NCBI RefSeq assembly: GCF_009914755.1
Contig: NC_060926.1
DNA length: 64,000 nucleotides
From: the human T2T-CHM13v2.0 reference genome, Homo sapiens
Reading direction: 5' to 3' (one strand)
Below are positions 11,998-24,970 of this stretch, one piece after another; the first letter of the stretch is position 1, and each line of letters begins with the position of its first letter. A model generated the notes under the pieces. That model made no database searches. It was not told the DNA's origin and was given only the letters and a program-made list of their open reading frames with translations. The position numbers and the translations under genes were made by a program.

Positions 11998-14063
11998 AGC
12001 TGTTTTAGCTGAAATCACTTTGCCTTAAAGGCTTCCTGGGTACATGACGGATGTCCTCGTAGTTCCAAGCATGAGTTATTCTGGTCCCTTCTGGAACACG
12101 TTTCTAGAAGGAGGCCAGGTGAGAGGTGAGGCAGCACCGGGGCTGTGTCTGCCTACAGCAGAGACACCAGCACATCCTGGGGGCAGAGAGGGACGAGATC
12201 TGTGTCTGCCCAACCAGGCTGTCAGCTCCATCCATCCACACGGGGCTCTCTTCCCCGCCAGGGCGTCTTCCCCGCCACAGTCCCGGAGCACCTGCAGCAC
12301 AGCCAGCTGCAGTCATGCTAGCGCCACCCGAGCCAGCACAGGCCTGTAGGTCGCGTGGCTTAATCCTCAGCCTCCCTGAGTGGAACGGTCCAGAGCGAAC
12401 ATTACTAGACGTGCGTTACAAGAAGAGTGAGTGGATAGCTCAATAGATGATGAGAAAAGATCCCTCGCAGCCCACACTTAGCATGCTCCCCCTGTCAGCA
12501 CACTCAGTGCATTCCTGGGGGCCGTTCCTGGAAGTTGTCAGCAACAGGAACTTGGCGCTGGAAGCAGGAAGGGCCCAGATCCCAGAGAACCAAGGCAGGA
12601 GAATGTCATGCGTGGAGAGCCTCAGATGCAGCCCACCCTGGGCCGGCACTCCCAGCCGGTTTTATTGTCCCCAGGTCACAGAGCTGAGTTTGACAGGAGC
12701 TGCGGGGCGAGTTTGAATCTGATTCAAGGTGATGTTTTCTAAAATATTGGCAGGGTTTTTAGGACACTGAGAAAAGTAGGAAAAAATAAAAATAACAGAG
12801 GGTTTTAGACAACAAATAATAGAAAAATAAAGAACTGGTCTGAGCCACCCAGGATCGCTGTCCCTCCCTGGTGACCTTGGCAGTGCTGCATGAGGACCAG
12901 GCGTCACAGCCCTCAGAGCCCGTGACGATGCTGGCCTCGTCTGCCTGAGGACCCAGGGCGAGCATGGCGCCGGGGAACGTCTGGGGTGATAAGAGGATGT
13001 TCTCCCCACCGCTAATGAAACTGAAGGAGTTATGGACCCACTTCCAGGCCTGCGTGTCTATGCCACGTGTCAGCCCTGCCATCCCTCATGTCAGCACCAT
13101 TTCAGCTCCAGGCCTCGGGTGAGAATCTGGCATTTCTCAGTTTCTCAGCAAATCTCCCACAGGGCCCCCAGCAGTGGCCACTGCACTCCAGGAGGTCCTG
13201 CCAAGCAAGTGGCCAGGACGGCGGGTCCCTACCGGTGGCCTTCAGCAGCTCCCGAGGACCGGCACGCCTATGGAGGGGACGCCATAACTCCAGGCCACCA
13301 AGCCCTTCCCCTCACTGCCCCAGAAGAGTTTTCATCTTTAGGACAACACAATCAGAACCAGATGTTCCCCCAAACAGGGGCCGGGCCAAGGCGCGCCCTA
13401 CACACAGCGCCGCTGAGCCAACAGAGTTGCGTCTTTTGTCTGGCGTGGTGGCCCACGCTGCGCGCACAGCCAGGGACCCAGCTGCCGACGCCTTGTTTCC
13501 CCCCAGGCATGTTGACCACAAGGCACAGAGCCACGCTCGGGTGGGCCCAGGCGCAGCATGGGGCTCGAACCCTGCTGGGCAGCCCAGGGTACCAGCGGCT
13601 CCATCCTCGGGATTCTTCTCCTGGCTTCTGGGTTCTGTCCCTCCTCTCGCCCTGCCCTGTGGCCACGGGAGCCTCCCAACCCCAAACTAGCCTCATGATT
13701 TTCAGCTCAGCTTTCCCAGGGACTGACTCAGCCCTTGGTCTCCCACTGCCAAATTCCCAACCCAGGTTGTCGCTGGGAGCCAGGTCCTGGGGGTCAGAGG
13801 GTCAGGGTTGCTGGGCAGCCCATCAGAAGGCTGTCCTTGGGGCATGGGCCCACCTGGGACACAGGTGCCACAGAAGGGACAGTCCATGGCAAAAAATCCA
13901 CAGCAGAGATTCCCTGGAGTGGCAGCAGGCTGTGCTGACAGAGCGAGTGTGTCCTGCCCGTCCCAGCTGCACCCCTTTGCTCATCAAATCCCAACTTCAT
14001 CCTTCTCTCCAGCTCCAGTTGCTGCCTGCTACCACAGAGCCCTCTCACCCACGTCACCGGCTG

Positions 14064-14365
<302 letters not shown>

Positions 14366-14564
14366 TGACGTCGGCAACTTTCAAGGCCCTGCCCTCCTCC
14401 GTGCGAGGGCCCTCGAGTCATCCCCTCCTTTGGGAGTCGGTGACAAATACCTGCTCCAAACCCACTAAGGTAAGACACACTCACCTCAGAAGTCACTTCT
14501 CAAAGGGAAATGGACAAAGAACTGCAGAGGACTCACAGTTGCTGCTGTGAGCCCGTGTGCAAGG

Positions 14565-14767
14565 TGCCAGGCGTCTTCTGCGGTGGTGGATGTGTCCTGT
14601 CTCTGAGCTGTGTGCTCCGGCAGCCACGAGCCACATTGGCTATAAAACCCTCAAGATGTGATTGAGGGGCTGAGGAACAGGACTTCTCATTGAATTTCAC
14701 TTTAATGAATTTGGGTCTCATCTGAATAGTCACCTGCAGCCAGCGGGACCGTGTGGGACAAAGCCAG
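14565..14767. mobile_element. MER3-like hAT-Charlie MITE
   Basis: cggcagccacgagccacattggctat...ctgaggaac...aatagtcacctgcagccagcgggaccgtgtgggaca resembles the recalled MER3 consensus. Confidence 0.65.
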
Positions 14768-15829
14768 CCCTGGAGGACCCAGGGGAGCCTCATACTTGGG
14801 GTGCCAGAAACAGCACGAGAAGGTCAGAGCCAAGACGTCTTTGAATATGGGGCTAAAAAATGTGAACACCTGGTAAAGCTCTGAAAATGAAGTCGATATA
14901 TGACTGGAGAATGTCAGTAGCGCCAGTGCCCTGTCCATACGGTACAACAGCATCAATAACCGGCCAGGAGTAGCCCCGTGCCGGGAAAACAGGCCCTGAG
15001 AGGCGAGTGATACATGCAAGTGAACATTTGACCCAAACAGACAATGTTCCAGTTGGCCAGTACTTAAAACCTTGAGCACAGGACAGTGCTAGGGAAGCAC
15101 TGACTGGACGTACCTTCTCAAAGTCCACATTTGAAAACCTGAACGCAGACCTGAAGCCACAGCATTACGAGGGGCGTGCAGGGAGGCCCTCTTCACGGAC
15201 GTCACAGAGAACAGACTGAGTGAATGCTGTTCACACCTTCCCTGGCCGCTCCATTCTAGAAGGTGCCAAAGGGATTTGGGGGTGCAGGGTGGTGGTGCAT
15301 AGAGACCATTTCTTTCCACAGAAAAGCATTTATTTAATGAGTAAATGAACACTCTATTGATGTTTCCAGGAATTAATTTTTCCCAAATAAAATGACTTTA
15401 TCCATAAACTCTCATCACCATTCCCCGATTCCGGAGTGAGGTCCCACAGCACAGAGGTTAAGAGCGACGCTGCGGCAGCCACCCTGGGCTCAGGAGGGGC
15501 CACCAGGTACCAGCGTCGCTCCAGGGCTGTCTCTGAGATAAGCGTGAGGTCCAGCTGGGCACCTGTGACTTCAGCCCTTTCACAATGATAAGCATCTCAT
15601 TCCATGCACTGACATTCTTCCTTAAAATAACTTGAGTGATTTTGGTTTCCTGCCTTCAACTATGACAGACTTGGTAAAGTGGAATCCCACGGAGCCATGA
15701 ATAATAAAATCAGATCTGCTGATGAACCCATTTGAGTTTTCACTCAGACTATGACAGAGCCTAGAAAAGCTAAGGCAGTGATTTTTGTTTGAATGCTGAT
15801 CTTATAGAGAAGATTTATTTCTAACATAA

Positions 15830-18460
15830 TTTATTCTTATTGAGGTTCATTTAGGTACCGTGCAATCCACCTGTTGTGACAATTCAATGATTTTTTAGTC
15901 AATTTCTAGCGTTGTGCAACTGTCACCACAGTTTTATTTTCATGTTTCAAGCATTTCTATCACCCCAAACCAAAAAGTTCCCTTGTGCCCATTTGCAGTG
16001 AATCCCTGCTCCCATACCAGCCCTACCAGGCACCTGCAGAAATGCCTTCTGTCTCCATAGATTTGCCTTTCCTGAGCACTTCAAATCAGTGGAATCTCAT
16101 AATGTGAAGTCTTTTGCATCTGATTCTTTCATTAAGCATGATGTTCTTCACACACATCCGTGTTGTAGCATGTGTCTGTACTTTGTTCGTTTTGAGTTGA
16201 TGAGTAATGTTCTACTGCATAGACAGACCACCGTTTGCTTATCCACTCACCAGCCAGTGGGCATTTGAGTCTGCTGTCTGTTGTGAATCATGCCGTTGTG
16301 AGCATTCTCGTACAAGTCCTTGGGTGGGTATGTTTCATTTCTCTTGGGTATGTACCCAGGCATGGGGTGCTGGCTAATAAGGTAACTATGTTTAGCATTT
16401 TGAAGAAAAACGGCCAAACTATTTTCCAAAGTGGCCGCACCATTTCAAATTTCCACCAGCAGTGAACGAGGGTTCTGATTGCTTCATGTCCTCACCAATA
16501 CTTGTGATTGTCTCTTTAACGACAGCCATTTCAGTGGGGGTGAGGTGGTGTCTCTGATTTGCATTAACCCTAAGACTAATGATATTGGGCATCTTTTTGG
16601 CTTATTAGCCATTTGTACATCTTTGGTGAAATAGCTGTTTATATCTTTTATCCATTTTTAATTAGGCTGTTGATCTTGTTATTGAATGATGAAAGTTCTT
16701 TATATATCCTGGATTCAAATATTTCACCAGATATATAATTTGTAAAACATTTTCTCCTGTCTGAAGCTTGTCTTTCATTATCTTAATCATGTCTTATGAT
16801 GTATATATAAAAGCTTTCAATCTCGATGAAGTCCAATTTATCATTTTTATGGATTATGTTTTTAGTATCAAATCTAAGAACTTGTTTCCTAACCCAAGGT
16901 CCCAAAGATTGTCCCCTATGTTTTTTTTTCTCAGAGTTTTATAGTTTTAAGTTAGGTCTATGAGTCACTTTGAGTGAATTTTTGTGTATTACATGCAGTA
17001 AAGGTCTAATTCGTCTTTTTGCCTGGGTATCTAACTGCTCCAGCACCATTTGTTGAAAGGACCATCTTTTCTTTATTGACCGTCTTGGCAGCTTTGTTGA
17101 AAATCAGGTGACCATAGACGTGCTTATTTCTGAACTCTCGATCGTCTCCCATTGATCTGTGTGCGATGATTACCATAGCTTTACAGAAAGTTTTAAAATC
17201 TGGTGGTGGAAGTGCTCTCATTTTGTTCTTTTTCAAAATTGTTTTGGCTCTTCGGATTTCTTTGCATTTCTAAGCAAATTTTATGGTCAGTTTGCCTACT
17301 TCTACCACAAAAATCCTGCTGGGTTTTAGCAAGATTTCATTGACTCTATACATCAATTTTGGAAGAATTACAATCTTGACAACATTGAGCCTTTCAATCC
17401 ATAAACACAGAATGTCCCCGCCAGGTTATCTAGATCTTTAATTTCTCTCAGCAAAGTTTTCTAGCTTTTAATTTAAAAGTCTTGCACTTCCTTTGTTGGT
17501 TTCATTCCTAAGTAGTTTTATTCTTTATTAATACTATTGCAAATGGAAGTGTTTCTTAGTTCCATTTTTTGATCATTCACTGCTAGTATATAGAAATACA
17601 CTTGATTTTTATATGTTGATTTTGATCTTGTATCTAGTAATCTTGCTAAACTCATTTACTAAATTTATTAGTTTTGTGGGTTCTTCAGGGTTTTCTATTA
17701 TATGTCAATAAAGAGAGTTTTACTTCTTTTTCAGTCTAGATGCCTTAGTTTTTCCTTGCCTTATTTCATTAGCTAGCACCTCTAGTAAATGTTAAATGAA
17801 TGTGAAGAGAGTGGACCTCCTTACCTTTTTCCCAATCCTAAGTGGGAGGCATTCAGTCTCTTACCGTTAGGTATAATGTTAGCTGCAGGATTTTTATAGA
17901 TGTCTTTAATAGAAATGAAGATGTTCCAGTTCATTTCTAGTTTGGTGAAAATTCTTTTCATGAATGGGTGTTGGATTTTGTGTGTGTGTGTGGGGAGATT
18001 TTGTTAAGTGTTTTTTTCTGTGTTTATCAAGATGACCATGTGGTTTTTTACCTCTATTCTATCAACATGATGTATTAAATTAATTGATATTGAAATGTTA
18101 AACTGACCTTGCATTCCTGGGATAAACCCCACTTGGTTGTGGTGTATCATTCTCCTTATATGTTGCTGGATTCAGTGTGCTAATGTTTGATAAGGGTCTT
18201 GGGGTCTAAATTCATGCCTGATATTGGTCTGTAGTTTTCTTGTCATAACTTTAGTTATTTTTTGTATTAGAGTATACTGGCCTCAGAGAATAAATGTTGC
18301 CTCTTTGTTTATTTCCTATGTTTGTGAAGAATTGGTACTATTTTGTTAAATATTTGATAGAATTCACCAGTGAATATTCTGAGCCTGGGCTTTTTTGTGG
18401 CAAGATCTTCAATTACTAATTCACTTTTTGCACTTGTTATTGGTCTATTTTGATAATGAG
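15830..18460 (-). mobile_element. Old L1 (L1M, probably L1MB), 3' portion
   Basis: AT-rich L1 3'UTR plus an ORF2 remnant (KKNK...PDFKTFCKAMVI...YGHLIFNK at 17006-17236). Confidence 0.88.
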
Positions 18461-18604
18461 TCAATTTTAACTTTTTTGGTGATTTTCTTTAATGTTATAA
18501 TATTGGTGGTATAAAGTAGGTTTTTAAAATAAATTCTAAGTCTATAGTAAGTAAATAAATATAAAAAAACACTCTTTCTCACCACTAAGAATATTCAACT
18601 GTTA

Positions 18605-18968
<364 letters not shown>

Positions 18969-19364
18969 TCTTGAGCTTAACATCTACAGAGACACATTCA
19001 CAAGTTCCAGAGACTATAGAACATGGACCTATCTTTTTGGGGGGCACCCCTCAACTCACTACAGGGAGTTTAGACAATAGAACCTGCGGTTGCAGAAGAA
19101 CACGTGGACACGCCCAGAACAGTAAATACCTGTTGGTTATGTTCCTGCCCCAGGCTCTTCAACACCACACAGATTGGCTGAGCATCCCTATTTGGGAGGC
19201 ACCAGTGACCTAAAGTTCTATAATTCCATTTGAAGTACTTATTAATTGAAAATGTCCTGAGCATTTTTCAGGTCTTCTAGCTCAAAAGAAGTTGCTAATG
19301 AGGTGCAAATATGCAAACGGAAATATGGCTGGGGCTGGAGGCCACCTGGCGGGTACCTACCTGG

Positions 19365-19590
19365 GGCTTTGGAATCAGGAGGCAGCCCTGGCACCAATGG
19401 TGGCGCTCCTACTGAAAACCAGTTGCTGAAACTTGGTCAAGTTTCTGGACCTCTAGGAGCCTCAGTTTATTCTTCCATAAAGAGTAACACCTACTTCTCC
19501 AGGCAGGCTGTTGTCAGTTTGGATGGAGTCAATATGTAAATATGTGGCATAGTTCCAGGAAATCGTAAAGCCCCAGTAAACAGCAGGTCT
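19365..19590. mobile_element. MIR fragment
   Basis: Core cttggtcaagtttctggacctctaggagcctcagtttattcttccataaa. Confidence 0.6.
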
Positions 19591-20818
19591 TACGACAATC
19601 ATAAGGGTGAAACAGACGCGAAGTCCTGACCAGTGAGGCCTGCCCATCGCTCTGGGGGAACCACATCCTGATGGTTGGATCTGGTTCCCAGTGCTGTGCT
19701 TACGGTGGAACACCAGGTTGGCGGGTGCCCAGGTGTGCCAGGAGGGTGTGTGTGCAGCACGGAGGAGCTGGGGTGTTGGGGGCTGTGTGCTCATGGTGCT
19801 CAATCTCCCGGCTGTTCCTCGGTCCATGGATGGCACCTTCCCCTCTGCTGACCCCTTGATCGCTGGAGCCCCCCACTCTGGGTTTCCCCAGCCCCACACA
19901 CTGCTCACCCTGCCTGACCTCCTCTGCCGGTTCCTCTTCTCTCCAGCCTCTTTTTCTGGGGCTTGGTGTTTCTTCTCTTCTTTGTTATTTCGCTCCCTCG
20001 TTATTTTGCTCCATGTTGTGGCCATAAATGCCACCTAACTGCTGACAGGCTCAGGATTCTATTTCCAGCCAGGCTTCTATTTCTCAAGCTCTAGGCTCAA
20101 CTATCCAAGGTTCTAAATAAACTAACAGAGAACTCGGCTCATCCTGTCCAAAGCCAAGGCCCTCCTGCCCTGCTCCCCACCCCCCAGCCTCCTGCCTCCT
20201 CTGCACCATCTGGCATGTCCCCAGCAACCCTTCCCTGCTCTCCCTGGCCCACCTACCTGTCACCCCCTGCCCTGCCCCTCCGTCACCCCCAACCTCCCTG
20301 CCCTACCTTCCTAGTTGGCGCATCCCCCAGCATCCTGACATACGCCATTGTATGTCTGTTCTCTGTCCCCACCATGAAAGCCCCTGGAGAGGCTGGCAGT
20401 GCCTGGCAGCCCATGTAGACAGTGAGGAGTGAAGCGGGTGTTTAGGGCCACGTGGGAGCTGCGGGTGCAGAGCAGCCATCCCGGCCCAGCACGAGGCAGG
20501 ACGTCCCGGGTCCTCACCGCCCAGAAAGCAACGGGCTGCTCCATGGGGCAGTGGTGGACTGTGCCCTGGGATCCTCTGGCAGAGGAGACCGCAGAGGAGG
20601 TCCACCAAAGTGCCCTGCGCTTCCCAGGGGGGTGGGGGGAGTCTCACTTTGTCAGTTTTGTGTCTCCCCAGAATATTGGGGAATGGTTTGAGGCGCCTGG
20701 CTTCTGCAGGCCGCACCACTGTCACCTCCATCATTGGCAGGGGTCAGGGTTTGGGACCAGGGCTGGCGGGCACTGGGTGGGGTGGGGCCTCCGGATGAGG
20801 CCGCGGTTCCAGGCAGCA

Positions 20819-20832
20819 CCACCAGGTGGCGA
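20819..20832 (+). promoter_or_regulatory. Candidate CTCF site in a CpG-rich patch
   Basis: CCACCAGGTGGCGA, one mismatch to CCASYAGRKGGCRS. Confidence 0.45.
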
Positions 20833-21295
20833 TGGAGTCCACGAGCCTCCCCAGCGGGGCCTGGGTGTGGGAGCAGCCGGGTAGGGTGGGGTGGGGCGGG
20901 GCAGGTGGGGGTCCCCGCCAGGCGCGCCCACCCCCTAGCCTAGCAGCCCCGCTCTCCTGCGGGCTCCCCCGTGGGCCAAGTCTCCTAAACTGGGCCAGCC
21001 TGGAGTCAGGTGCGTGCAGCCCTGCCACTCTACCTCCTTGCAGCGAGGCCTGGAGGGCATTCCACGCGTGGGCACCGCGGCCTTCGGAGGCCTCCAGAGT
21101 CGGCCTCAGTGGGCGCGTCCTCCCTCCTGCTGGAGGGGACTGGACACCGTTAATGACAGCGAAAATCGCCTGGAGTTGATGACATTAATCTCCACCAGGC
21201 CTAATGAGCAACTCAGTTCCCCAGGCCAGCTGTGGGAGGGGCCTTGGGTGGGGGCAGAGATTAGCAGAGGGGCTAGGTGCCAGTGATGCCAAAAC

Positions 21296-21562
21296 CCCAG
21301 GGGAGGCAGCCAGGGGTTAGGGGCAGGGGTCAGGGGAGGTGGGGTCCCCAGGGGAGAGGCAGCCAGGGGTCAGGGGTCAGGGGAGGTGGGGTCCCCAGGG
21401 GAGAGGCAGCCAGGGGTCAGGAGTGAGGGTTCAGGGGAGGTGGGGTCCCCAGGGGAGAGGCAGCCAGGGGTCAGGGGTCAGGGGAGGTGGGGTCCCCAGG
21501 GGGAGGCAGCCAGGGGTCAGGGGAGGTGGGGTCCCCAGGTGAGAGGCAGCCAGGGGTCAGGG
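21296..21562. repeat. G-rich ~40-54-bp minisatellite, ~5-6 copies
   Basis: ggggtcaggggaggtggggtccccaggggagaggcagcca units. Confidence 0.93.
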
Positions 21563-23234
21563 GCTCCCAGTCACTCAGTTGTGAAACGTGCAGTGTGTGC
21601 CACGTTAAGTCTTCTTAGCTCCTTTGCCAAGCAGCCCGAACATTTCAGAGGTGCAAGAGGGCAGAGTGCCACTACCTGAATGCCCCTGCCTGGCCAGGCG
21701 TCACTGTCCCTGTGGTGATGGGTGGGATGCAGCTGGCTTTTGGCGGGAAAGAATCTCTGGACAGGGTCACGCAGGCATCCTTGGTGAATCTGTAGTCCCA
21801 GCTCCGCCTGGGCCCAGCGGGCTGGGGGAAGAGGGTTTTCCTGCTGCGACCCACAGCAGAGGCTCACAGGCACCACAGTGGGGACAGGGGAAAACAGCGC
21901 AGCCACAGGAAGGATCCAGGGACTCAGGCCAGGCTGCTCAGGAGTCTCCAACCTGCTCTTGCCCTGCCCTGCTCTGCCCCGCCCCCTCCTGCTTCCTGCC
22001 TGGTGCGTCTGGCACGCAGGCCCGGGGAGGGTGCCCAGCCCTCCTCTGGGGGGCTTTCTCCTTGGCTTCCCTCTTGCCTTTGCACTCCAAGGCCGGCAGG
22101 AGGACCCTGCCTCCTCACCCATCAGTCTCCCAGGCTGGGCTGCTGGGCACAGTCCCGACTGCAGGTTTGGCACAGGGCAGAGCGTCGTCCCTGAAGCAGC
22201 AGCACGGGGCCTTCCCAGGCTGGGTAGGGTCTATCCAAGACCCTGCACTTGTTCTTCTGTGTTGACCTTGGTAGCTCAGCCCTGACCTCGGGAGTACCCC
22301 AAACACTCCGTGAGCACCTCCTACCGCCCCAGGTAACAAGACCTGTCCCTGAACCGAGGTGCCCTGCAGGAGAGAAGGAAAAACCAATGGAGTAGCAGCA
22401 GCAGAACAGCCAGCCCCACTGAGGGCCGAGCAGGGGGCTCAGGACATCGAGGATGGGCTGAGGGCTTCAGAATCATCCCGAGACGCGGGGAGCTGACCTC
22501 CTTGGGATCAGATGAAGACCCCATGCCCTCCCCCTAGAGAACTTTGCACACACAGGCCCTCCCCCTAGAGAACTTTGCACACAGTGTTCAGGGGGTCCCA
22601 GAGCTCTGAAGCCCCCACAGACTGTTGGGGCACCCCAGATGCAGAGCCCCTGGTGTGATGGGCCGTCTGCCGGCAGGTGGAGGGTGCCCTCTGGGGTGCT
22701 CGCCTAGGCCGTGTGGGTTCTCTGTCTTTCCTGTTCGCTGCATTTGTGCTGCCCTGGCATCCGGGGTCTCACTGACTGGAGGAGGTGCCTCTCCAGGGCT
22801 GGCGGATTCCTAGGGATAGAAAATAATTCCCTCGGAGCATGTGCGTGGTGTGTGTGCAAGCCATCCAGACCCCCAGCCACCCCTCTCTCCCACTCTCCCG
22901 TGGTGCGTGTGCAAAGCCATCCAGACCCCCAGCCGCCTCCTCTCTCCGACTCTTCCTTCAGGACCTAATCACCCCCTGTCCTCATCAGCCCGGGCCAGGC
23001 TCTGACAACGTGGAGCAGACCCTGCCCCCGGGGTCTGCTGATCCTGCCTCTCCAGAGTGGACCACAAGAATGGCTCTTCCCATGTCTCTCGCTCACTCCT
23101 TCGGCCTCTGACCGCCCGGGGTTCCCCGGCCTACTGTGCGGTGTGCTACGCCTCCTCCTGGGAATGGTGGGCCACGAACTGTCTTCTGAAGGCCAGTGTT
23201 CTGCTCCGTTCGCCCCACACCTGAATAGCAATGA

Positions 23235-24263
23235 GACTGCACCCGGGCTGCCCAGCCCACGGGCACCCAGGACCATGCATTGGGGGATTCAAATAGTGAG
23301 TCTGTTCTCTCACAGTTCTTTTAATTTTTTTAGTATTTATTGATCATTCTTGGGTGTTTCTCGGAGAGGGGGATTTGGCAGGGTCATAGGACAATAGTGG
23401 AGGGAAGGTCAGCAGATAAGCATGTGAACAAGGGTCTCTGGATTTCCTAGGCAGAGGTCCCTGCCGCCTTCCGCAGTGTTTGTGTCCCTGGGTACTTGAG
23501 ATTAGGGAGTGGCGATGACTCTTAACGAGCATGCTGCCTTCAAGCATCTGTTTAACAAAGCACATCTTGCACCGCCCTTAATCCATTTAACCCTGAGTGG
23601 ACACAGCACATGTTTCAGAGAGCACGGGGTTGGGGTTAAGGTTATGGATTAACAGCATCCCAAGGCAGAAGAATTTTTCTTAGTACAGAACAAAATGGAG
23701 TCTCCTATGTCTACTTCTTTCTACACGGACACAGTAACAATCTGATCTCTCTTTCTTTTCCCCACATTTCCCCCTTTTCTATTTGACAAAACCGCCATCG
23801 TCATCATGGCCCGTTCTCAATGAGCTGTTGGGTACACCTCCCGGACGGGGCGGCTGGCCGGGCCAGGGCTGCCTCTGTTCTCTCACAGTTCTAGAAGCCA
23901 GAAGGCTGGGGTCCAAGTGCCTGGGGGACCATGACCCCTACAGAGGCTCTAGGGGAGGCCTTCCTGCCTCCCCCAGCGTCTGTGGCTCTGAGCACTCTGC
24001 GGCACATGGCAGCATCCCCCCCAGGCTCCTCCATCTCCCAAGGCCCCCTTCCCTTCTCCGTGTGTCTCCTCTTCTGTCCCCAGTAAGGATCCTCCCACTG
24101 GATTCAGGGTCCCCCTGGAAAACTCAGGCTGAGCCCATCTGGAGAGGCCTTCACCTATAACTACCTCTGCACAGGTGCTTTCCCGAATCAATCCACTTAC
24201 CGGGTTCCCAGGGTAGGATGTGAACACAGCTTTTGGACGGAGGCTGCCATTCAGCCCACTACT
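23235..24263 (-). mobile_element. MLT1-type MaLR LTR interrupted by an SVA
   Basis: tctcacagttctagaagccagaag...ggctctagggg...ccattcagcccactac are typical MLT1 motifs, found around the SVA. Confidence 0.65.
23320..23873 (-). mobile_element. 5'-truncated SVA (SINE-R plus a short VNTR stub)
   Basis: HERV-K-derived SINE-R (tgatcattcttgggtgtttctcggagagggggatttggcagggtcataggacaatagtggaggg...); 19-bp TSD tctgttctctcacagttct at 23301-23319 and 23874-23892. Confidence 0.95.
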
Positions 24264-24699
24264 GCCCTTCTCAGTGAGAAGGGGCTGGTTGGCAGGAAGG
24301 AGAGGGGGCTCCGGACACACGGTGGCAGTGCCCACCCCTGGCTCAGCCCAGGAAGAGGCCTTGGCAGGACAAGGATGTTGCTAACTTCGGGGACCATCAG
24401 GCTCAGCCTCAGGCCTTGAAGTACCTGCCCATCTATCACCCTCCCGGTTACTCCCTTACAGACTCAGAGCACTGGGAGCCACCTCTGGTCCTCAGGGTAA
24501 TGGAGCCTTCTGGACCCATAGCTGATCTCCCCCTACTGAGAAGTGAACTGGCCATGAGGCCTCATGAACGTCCATACTCAAGTCTACCCTGAGAGAGGCT
24601 GGCATGCAGCTTGCAGAGGAAAACGGAGGGCGGGACTCAGGCTGTAGGTCACTGTCTGGAGGAGGCACATGCTGTGCTGAGACTCTGCAGACAGGCCAG

Positions 24700-24970
24700 G
24701 CCTCCCCGGCCACCTCTGTGTCTCTTGAGGCAGAGGAAGCCTTTCCTCCTCCTCCCCATATGCTGCTGATGGGAGATGAGTGTCTGGGGGAGGGAGGCTT
24801 AGAAGGGAGGCCCCATTGACCTTCAGGCTCACAGGATGAAGGGGAGGTCACCAGGTGGGGAAAGTTGTTCCAGGCGGGGGAACAGCCTGTGCAAAGGCCT
24901 GGAGGCAGGAACTGGTTTGTGCCTTCAAGGAGCCCAGCCGGCAGGATGGAGCTGGCTTTCCCACGCTGGC
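24700..24970 (-). mobile_element. L2 fragment
   Basis: ttccaggcgggggaacagcctgtgcaaaggcctggaggcagga is characteristic of L2. Confidence 0.55.

Noticed and set aside
22523-22950. Two short two-copy duplications (ccctccccctagagaactttgcacaca; gcaagccatccagacccccagcc)
   Set aside because: Ordinary slippage duplications with no further structure.
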